IMG/VR virus record: IMGVR_UViG_3300020469_000002
Span: 10,928 to 74,927 of that record
DNA from: a virus
Direction: 5' to 3' (one strand)
DNA: 64,000 nt
In this document: positions 58,993 to 64,000 of the stretch, piece after piece
Layout of the letters: every line of letters starts with the position of its first letter
How positions within the stretch are numbered: position 1 is the first letter of the stretch
Made by a program: the position numbers and the translations under genes
The notes under the pieces: model-generated
The model's input: the letters and a program-made list of their open reading frames with translations, nothing else
Told to the model about the DNA's origin: nothing
Databases searched by the model: none

Positions 58993-59304
58993 ATGAAAAT
59001 GGAAAAGTACGACGAGAGCTATTTTAAGATCTGGAGACACAAGACAGACATTCGCGAGGGAATGGAGCGACTGTCTCGTGTTCACAAGATGATTCGAGAG
59101 CTGGACGAGCAGAGCGAGCAGAAGCACGCGTCTGAAGGGAGCCATATTTCCGATACAGACCCACGATACGTTGCTCTCATTGAGAGCTTGATTCTGGAAT
59201 CTGAAAATGTCACGAAGTCTATGAAGCTCGCGATGGGGGCTCTTGGAAAGGAGGCTGGAAGTCGAGCGATTCTGGGGGAGCTTGCGATCGCATCGATCAT
59301 CTGA
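58993..59304 (+). CDS. Hypothetical protein
   Basis: GAGGACA RBS; followed by a terminator. Confidence 0.6.
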   Translation: MKMEKYDESYFKIWRHKTDIREGMERLSRVHKMIRELDEQSEQKHASEGSHISDTDPRYVALIESLILESENVTKSMKLAMGALGKEAGSRAILGELAIASII

Positions 59305-59325
59305 TCGGAAGTTCGCCCAGCATGA

Positions 59326-59353
59326 GCGCTCAACCGCCTCGGTTGGGCGTTTT
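59326..59353 (+). terminator. Terminator
   Basis: GCGCTCAACCG/CGGTTGGGCGT stem plus T run. Confidence 0.65.
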
Positions 59354-59430
59354 CGTTTCTTTGTAGCGAAAATGCGATCGCGCGGAACAGCGACGACATC
59401 GACAAGAACGCAGTTTCGACAGTCCACGCT

Positions 59431-59459
59431 TTGATCTCGGATTTCACAGACTGTATACT
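59431..59459 (+). promoter_or_regulatory. Early promoter
   Basis: TTGATC-N17-TATACT. Confidence 0.75.
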
Positions 59460-59512
59460 CTGAGAGTCAGAAGCGATCGCGCGCTGCGAAACGCAGACAT
59501 GAGGACACTACA

Positions 59513-59893
59513 ATGACAAGTCTGCCCACAGACTACTTCGACACTCTCAGAGACTTCATCGCGGATCAACTCAGCTTCGTCAATCACGAGGAAATGTGCG
59601 GATCGCTGTATGTCGATGTCTCGGACGAGATCACGATCTTCATGACGCCCGAGTTTGAGGGCACGCCGGGAATGGACTTCAGTGTCGAAGAAGTGGACAA
59701 CAACGCTTGCGAGAGTGGGCTCCCTGACTGGGTGAAGAGTCTCGAAGCGGGCAACATCGACTGTAGCTGGACGGGAGATCTTGAAACGGACTGCAAAAGC
59801 TACAGAGCGGAGTTCGCGAAAGTGGTTCGCAAGTACGTCGATCAAGTGCGGTTCCGTCACTTCGTCTACGATCACAGCTTCATCACGGAGTAG
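59513..59893 (+). CDS. Acidic early protein, paralog of the C-terminus of 60128-60781
   Basis: Shared GSLYV, TP.FE, VEE and WT.D...D...YRA. Confidence 0.75.
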   Translation: MTSLPTDYFDTLRDFIADQLSFVNHEEMCGSLYVDVSDEITIFMTPEFEGTPGMDFSVEEVDNNACESGLPDWVKSLEAGNIDCSWTGDLETDCKSYRAEFAKVVRKYVDQVRFRHFVYDHSFITE

Positions 59894-60043
59894 TCGATCA
59901 GATTCGAAGTCGCTGAGCGCTGGGCGGAAATGGGCCAGCGTTTTGCTCGCTCTCTAATGCGACAAGGGCGAAACGATCGCAAGTTTTCGCCAGAAGTGGA
60001 TCTGCGCTGCTCGCATGTTCTCACGCTTTCGTGTTCTGAGTTG

Positions 60044-60072
60044 TTGATTTCGGATTCTACAGACTGTATACT
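60044..60072 (+). promoter_or_regulatory. Early promoter
   Basis: TTGATT-N17-TATACT. Confidence 0.75.
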
Positions 60073-60127
60073 TCAAGTGTCAGAAGCGATCGCAGTGTGC
60101 GACGCAAGACACAAACGTGAGGACACT

Positions 60128-60781
60128 ATGACTGCACAGATGCCCGCTCACCCTTCGACTTTCGCTTCGCAGCGTTTCATCGTGCGCGATCAGCTTTCGC
60201 CCTTGACGGGGGAGCGAGAGCAGCTTCACGGGCTCGAAGTCGAGATCTGCGAGTGGGGCGGGATGGTCGGGGAATACTGCGTTCGCTTCACTCAGAGCGT
60301 GGAGCACATCGTCAGAATGCTGTCGAAGCGCGACTCGTTTTGGACGCGGGAGAAAGTGTACGACTATCTCGCTGGAGAAGAGGGCTTCACTCGCGAGAAC
60401 GGGCAAGAGTGGATGACGGGCGCGTTCTGCGAGTTCGATCTCGATCAGCTTGAACGGTTCAGGAGTGATGAAGAGCTTGCGGAATACAGCGAGAAGCTGA
60501 TCTCAGCGATTCGAGAACGAATCGAAAAAGTGCGGTTTGACGCGAGTGAAGGATCACTCTACGTCTTCGAGAGGACGGGCAAAGATCGCACGCTTTACTT
60601 GACGCCCCTCTTTGAGGAAGTGAATCTCGACTACTGCGTCGAAGAGTACGGAAAGCACGATGCGATCTTTCTGATTGAAGAGGGCGAAGTCGAAGTTCAG
60701 TGGACGTTCGACATCGATCAGGACGTTCAGATCTATCGCGCGAAGCTGGAGCAGATGATTCGTCTTCACTTGCGAGGATGA
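60128..60781 (+). CDS. Acidic two-domain early protein
   Basis: GAGGACACT-ATG. Confidence 0.75.
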   Translation: MTAQMPAHPSTFASQRFIVRDQLSPLTGEREQLHGLEVEICEWGGMVGEYCVRFTQSVEHIVRMLSKRDSFWTREKVYDYLAGEEGFTRENGQEWMTGAFCEFDLDQLERFRSDEELAEYSEKLISAIRERIEKVRFDASEGSLYVFERTGKDRTLYLTPLFEEVNLDYCVEEYGKHDAIFLIEEGEVEVQWTFDIDQDVQIYRAKLEQMIRLHLRG

Positions 60782-60803
60782 ATCGCAAAGAGTCGAGGGC
60801 CAG

Positions 60804-60833
60804 AACGCTCGCGTGAAAGCGCGGGCGTTTCTC
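60804..60833 (+). terminator. Terminator
   Basis: AACGCTCGCG/CGCGGGCGTT stem plus pyrimidine tail. Confidence 0.6.
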
Positions 60834-60997
60834 GTTCTCGGATTTGGCCATGAAAGTGGACTCTCTGGGCCGATTTCTGCTCATTCAGATCCTTGGCCGC
60901 GAAAAGTGGATCTCGATTTCGAAAAGTCGATGATCCGGATCTGGCCGTCAAAGATCCAAAACTGGCCAAAAAATGCAAATCCGTCAGACAAATCTGC

Positions 60998-61026
60998 TTG
61001 ATTTCGGATTCTACATAATGTAGATC
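60998..61026 (+). promoter_or_regulatory. Early promoter
   Basis: TTGATT-N17-TAGATC; spacer starts TCGGATTCTACA as at 60044. Confidence 0.65.
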
Positions 61027-61085
61027 TGTAGAGTCAGAAGCGATCGCAAGTGCGCGATCGAAATGACGATTACGAGGACACAATC

Positions 61086-61433
61086 ATGCTTACTACTCCT
61101 TCTGAACGACATCTCGTCAAGGCCCTCTACGCTTACTTCTGTCGTCACGTATCGGACGAAATGACGTGGACCATCGCGTCTGAGCTTTTCCCGCTTTGCG
61201 ACCAGTTCATGATGGACGCGTGCTGTGCGGACGCAGACGAAGAAAATGGTTTCGGAGTCAGCTTCACGAAGAGCGTCGCGGATCTCTGCAAGCAAGTCTG
61301 CTGGAAAGCGATGTCTGCTCACTCGATGGGCATGATGGACGACTACAGGATCTCGGACATCCAACGAGTATTCGCAGAAGCGTGTGATCTTTCGTCTGAA
61401 ATGAAGGACGAAATGAAGCGACGCGCAAGCTGA
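61086..61433 (+). CDS. Hypothetical Cys/Met-rich early protein
   Basis: GAGGACAC motif; followed by a strong terminator. Confidence 0.7.
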   Translation: MLTTPSERHLVKALYAYFCRHVSDEMTWTIASELFPLCDQFMMDACCADADEENGFGVSFTKSVADLCKQVCWKAMSAHSMGMMDDYRISDIQRVFAEACDLSSEMKDEMKRRAS

Positions 61434-61452
61434 GGAACCCTCGTCTCGACTC

Positions 61453-61474
61453 GCCCGCGAAAGCGGGCTTTTTT
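61453..61474 (+). terminator. Rho-independent terminator
   Basis: GCCCGC-GAAA-GCGGGC-TTTTTT. Confidence 0.9.
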
Positions 61475-61762
61475 GCTTCTGTAGTCAGTCGACTCTGAGC
61501 CCAGGAGTGGATCTACGTGAGCACAGGAGTGGGCCACGACTCACGCGTCTGAGCGCTGGACCGCGATCGATCAAAAACGATCCACTCTAGATCGCTGAGT
61601 TCAACCGAGAAAATCAGCGACGAGCTCCAGATTGGATTTCCAAAGGCAGGGCGAGCCGATCCACAAAAAAGCGTCCAACCAGGGAGCAAAGTCCATCGAG
61701 CCCAGGAAAAAAATCGTCCACCCGCAGCAGCTTGTCCGACAGCCCACCCTGAGTCCAGGCAT

Positions 61763-61814
61763 GGGGAGTCCAGCGCTGGGGAGTCCAGCGCTGGGAAGCC
61801 CAGGTCCAGCGCTG
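61763..61814. repeat. 15-bp tandem repeat containing a CCAGCGCTGG palindrome
   Basis: GGGGAGTCCAGCGCT x2 plus a degenerate third copy. Confidence 0.8.
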
Positions 61815-62239
61815 ATCCACTTTCTCGATCCGCTTTTCGTGATCCGTTTTCGTCGTGATCGATCCGAGATTCTGCTGTGATCCGATTTTCTGACGAAAAC
61901 GACGAGAATCAGCGATCCATCATTACTTACGTGCATTCGTGTAGTTCTCGATCCGCGATCGATCGCTATCTCGTGAGACGCTGTGAGATGCACTGTGAGT
62001 CCGATTCTTCGAGAACGTGCGTCTGCTCTACACTCTCGACGATTCGAGATGCTGTGAGACGCTGTGAGAGCGCGCGCTGATTCGCTGAGAGCGAGCGTCT
62101 GCTCTGTGTTCTCGTCGATCTCGTCGTGCTGTGTCGCGCTGTGTCGCGCTGTGTCTCAGCTACAGAGAATCTCAGAGCGCGAGATTCGCGCTGTGAGCGA
62201 CGCAAGCACACTTGCGCGACGTTTCACACTAGCGAAGCG

Positions 62240-62570
62240 TCTACAGACGCTCACAGACGCTCACAGACGCTGCAAACGCTATCTATGACGCTGTGTAGAA
62301 CGTCAGATCGCAGCGTCGCAGATCTCACGATCTCGCGAGATCAGCAGAGAAGCGCGTCGCAGTGCACGCTCTCAGCGAATCGCGCGCTCTGTGTCTCAGC
62401 GCGTCTCACAGCGTCTCACAGCGCGACACGCTCACAGCGCGACTCTCAGCGCGTCTCAGCGCGTCTCACAGCGTCTCACAGCGTCTCACAGCGTCTCAGC
62501 GCGTCGCAGTGCGTCGCAGCGTCTCAGCGTCTCAGCGTCTCAGCGAGTCGCAGCGAGTCGCAGCGAGAGA
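62240..62570. repeat. Degenerate 8-10 bp tandem repeats (GCGTCTCACA / GACGCTCACA / GCGTCTCA)
   Basis: Directly visible; reverse-complement copies at 61974-62070. Confidence 0.9.
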
Positions 62571-62578
62571 CGAGATCA

Positions 62579-62836
62579 GAATTGTCTGATTCGACAAGAT
62601 CGAATTGTCTGATTCGACAATCTGAGAATTGTCTGATTCGACAAGATCGAATTGTCTGATTCGACAATCTGAGAATTGTCTGATTCGACAAGATCGAATT
62701 GTCTGATTCGACAATCTCAGAATTGTCTGATTCGACAAGATCGAATTGTCTGATTCGACAATCTCAGAATTGACTGATTCGACAAGATCGAATTGTCTGA
62801 TTCGACAATCTCAGAATTGACTGATTCGACAAGATC
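62579..62836. repeat. Tandem array of 11 alternating 23/24-bp units (47-bp higher-order repeat)
   Basis: GAATTG(T/A)CTGATTCGACAA followed alternately by GATC or TCT(G/C)A. Confidence 0.95.
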
Positions 62837-62892
62837 GAATTGTCTCAGAGAGCAATTCTGATCTTGTCGAATCTCAGATCTCAGAACGCAGA

Positions 62893-62914
62893 AGCGCGCC
62901 CCGGGGGGCGCGCT
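62893..62914 (-). terminator. Hairpin downstream of 62934-63473
   Basis: AGCGCGCCCC-GG-GGGGCGCGCT. Confidence 0.55.
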
Positions 62915-62933
62915 GTGTCTCGACTCGACGCTC

Positions 62934-63473
62934 TCAGCTTGCAGCGCGCTTCAGAGTCAGAGTCACGTTCTTCGTCGTCTTGCAGCGCGCTGCGCTCACA
63001 GTGTACTTACGCTCTGCGAGAATCAGCCCGATACGCCCGTTCTTGTAGAAAACTGCTCTGTGCTTGCGAATCGACCCGGGCAGATCTGCGAGCGACTTCT
63101 GAGACATGTCAATCACGATCGTCTGCGTCTTCTCGCACTCGACGCCCGCTTCAATGATTCGATCAACGCGTGCGTTCAGTGCTGCGAGCGACTTCTCACG
63201 ACGCGCTGCGCTCTTCTCTGCGCTCTGCTGCTTCTTCGTCGTCTCTGCTGCGAGCGTCGCAGCGAACGACTTTTGAGCTTCTGCGACGACTGCATCGATC
63301 GTCTTCATCGTCACGACTGCATCGCTCTTGAGTGCGACTCGCAGCGTTTCGATCTTCGTCGCGTAGTCAACGAGATCGCTCTTCTTCGTCTTCTTGCCCG
63401 GGGTCTTCGCGTTCTCGTCTGCTGCGATAAGTGCGATGATAGCTGCGTTCTTGAGTGCTGCAAAGTTAGTCAT
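62934..63473 (-). CDS. Basic Lys/Ala-rich protein, paralog of 38449-39372
   Basis: Own promoter, GAGAACACT-ATG start and downstream hairpin; visible homology to 38449-39372. Confidence 0.8.
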   Translation of the reverse strand: MTNFAALKNAAIIALIAADENAKTPGKKTKKSDLVDYATKIETLRVALKSDAVVTMKTIDAVVAEAQKSFAATLAAETTKKQQSAEKSAARREKSLAALNARVDRIIEAGVECEKTQTIVIDMSQKSLADLPGSIRKHRAVFYKNGRIGLILAERKYTVSAARCKTTKNVTLTLKRAAS

Positions 63474-63552
63474 AGTGTTCTCTCTGCTCGTTTGAGCGTC
63501 TGTGTCTCTGTCAGTGCGCTGCGACACTGCGTCGCTCGCTTCTGACGCTCTT

Positions 63553-63581
63553 GTTCTACATTCGTGATTACTGAATGTCGA
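63553..63581 (-). promoter_or_regulatory. Early promoter
   Basis: TCGACA-N17-TAGAAC with TG; GTCAGAAGCG leader. Confidence 0.6.
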
Positions 63582-63855
63582 AAAGATTCTCTAAATCGAC
63601 GAACGCTATTTCGCGAGGATCTCGCCCTCATCAGGGTTTAGACGCTCAAAAAAAAACGCGAGATTCTGCGATCGCGTGCGATCTTGTCGCGCTTAGTCAG
63701 TGCGCGACGACTCGCGAGAAGAGACGAGAAATCGAGCGCATATTTCGTCAGATCGGGCTGCTCGTCAATCTTCTCGACAGATCCGTCTCTGAGATCGTCT
63801 GATTCGCTCGATTCTGAGATCCGAGAGAGAGCGCTCTACGATCTGCTCGCTTCTC

Positions 63856-64000
63856 GACTCACAGACTCACAGACTCACAGACGCTCACAGACGCTCACAG
63901 ACTCACAGCGACTCACAGCGACTCACAGCGACGCTCTCAGCGTCTCAGCGTCTCACAGACGCTCACAGCGTCTCAGCGTCGCTCACAGACGCTCACAGCG
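63856..64000. repeat. Degenerate 8-10 bp tandem repeats (CTCACAGA / CTCACAGACG / CTCACAGCGA), running off the window
   Basis: Same family and orientation as 62240-62570. Confidence 0.9.

Noticed and set aside
61601-62738. ORFs in the right-end region
   Set aside because: Translations simply mirror the DNA repeats, with no start motif or promoter context.
62579-62836. CRISPR array
   Set aside because: Units are contiguous with only 4-5 bp alternating linkers, no unique spacers and no cas operon.
62934-63473. Simple NGG PAM avoidance as the full explanation of GG loss
   Set aside because: The forced sites are GGG/CCC runs, which add rather than minimise NGG PAMs.
55675-63675. GCGATCGC (HIP1) as evidence of a cyanobacterial host
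   Set aside because: Copies cluster in early leaders and intergenic DNA, the genome is generally CGATCG-rich, and no cyanophage marker genes were seen.
1-64000. tRNA or rRNA genes
   Set aside because: None recognised by eye in intergenic gaps; a tRNAscan-SE/Infernal run would be needed to exclude them.

Overview
This window is most of a tailed dsDNA phage genome (siphovirus-like, moderately GC-rich, host not identifiable from sequence). No terminase, DNA polymerase or tRNA was seen. Layout: a partial serine recombinase (1-299, -), then a + strand morphogenesis module (446-31564) with a multidomain portal, protease/scaffold, capsid, head-tail genes, tail tube, a tail chaperone with a -1 frameshift, tape measure and tail tip/fibres. 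An RmlB-like dehydratase, a SAM methyltransferase and a triple-domain glycosyltransferase are inserted into this module. A mostly - strand block (31561-51779) holds a membrane PAS protein, primase-helicase, SSB/Sak4/Cas4-like recombination genes, an SF2 helicase, an AEP-like primase, RecU, a sigma factor, RmlC, a VWA/MoxR pair, RmlD and lysis genes. A + strand block holds a ParB-methyltransferase and an array of small early-gene cassettes sharing a promoter, a leader motif and a GAGGACAC start motif. The right end is repeat-rich. The most unusual signals are: (i) about 0.9 kb with no GG or CC dinucleotide, continuing into a gene that has GG/CC only where Gly/Pro force it, plus similar islands across the genome, one matching the end region over 22 bp; (ii) a dispersed dTDP-rhamnose pathway with a multi-GT protein in the head-tail operon, suggesting virion glycosylation; (iii) a FixL-like PAS-coiled coil-TM protein with no output domain. 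All family assignments are by motif recognition only; no database searches were run.
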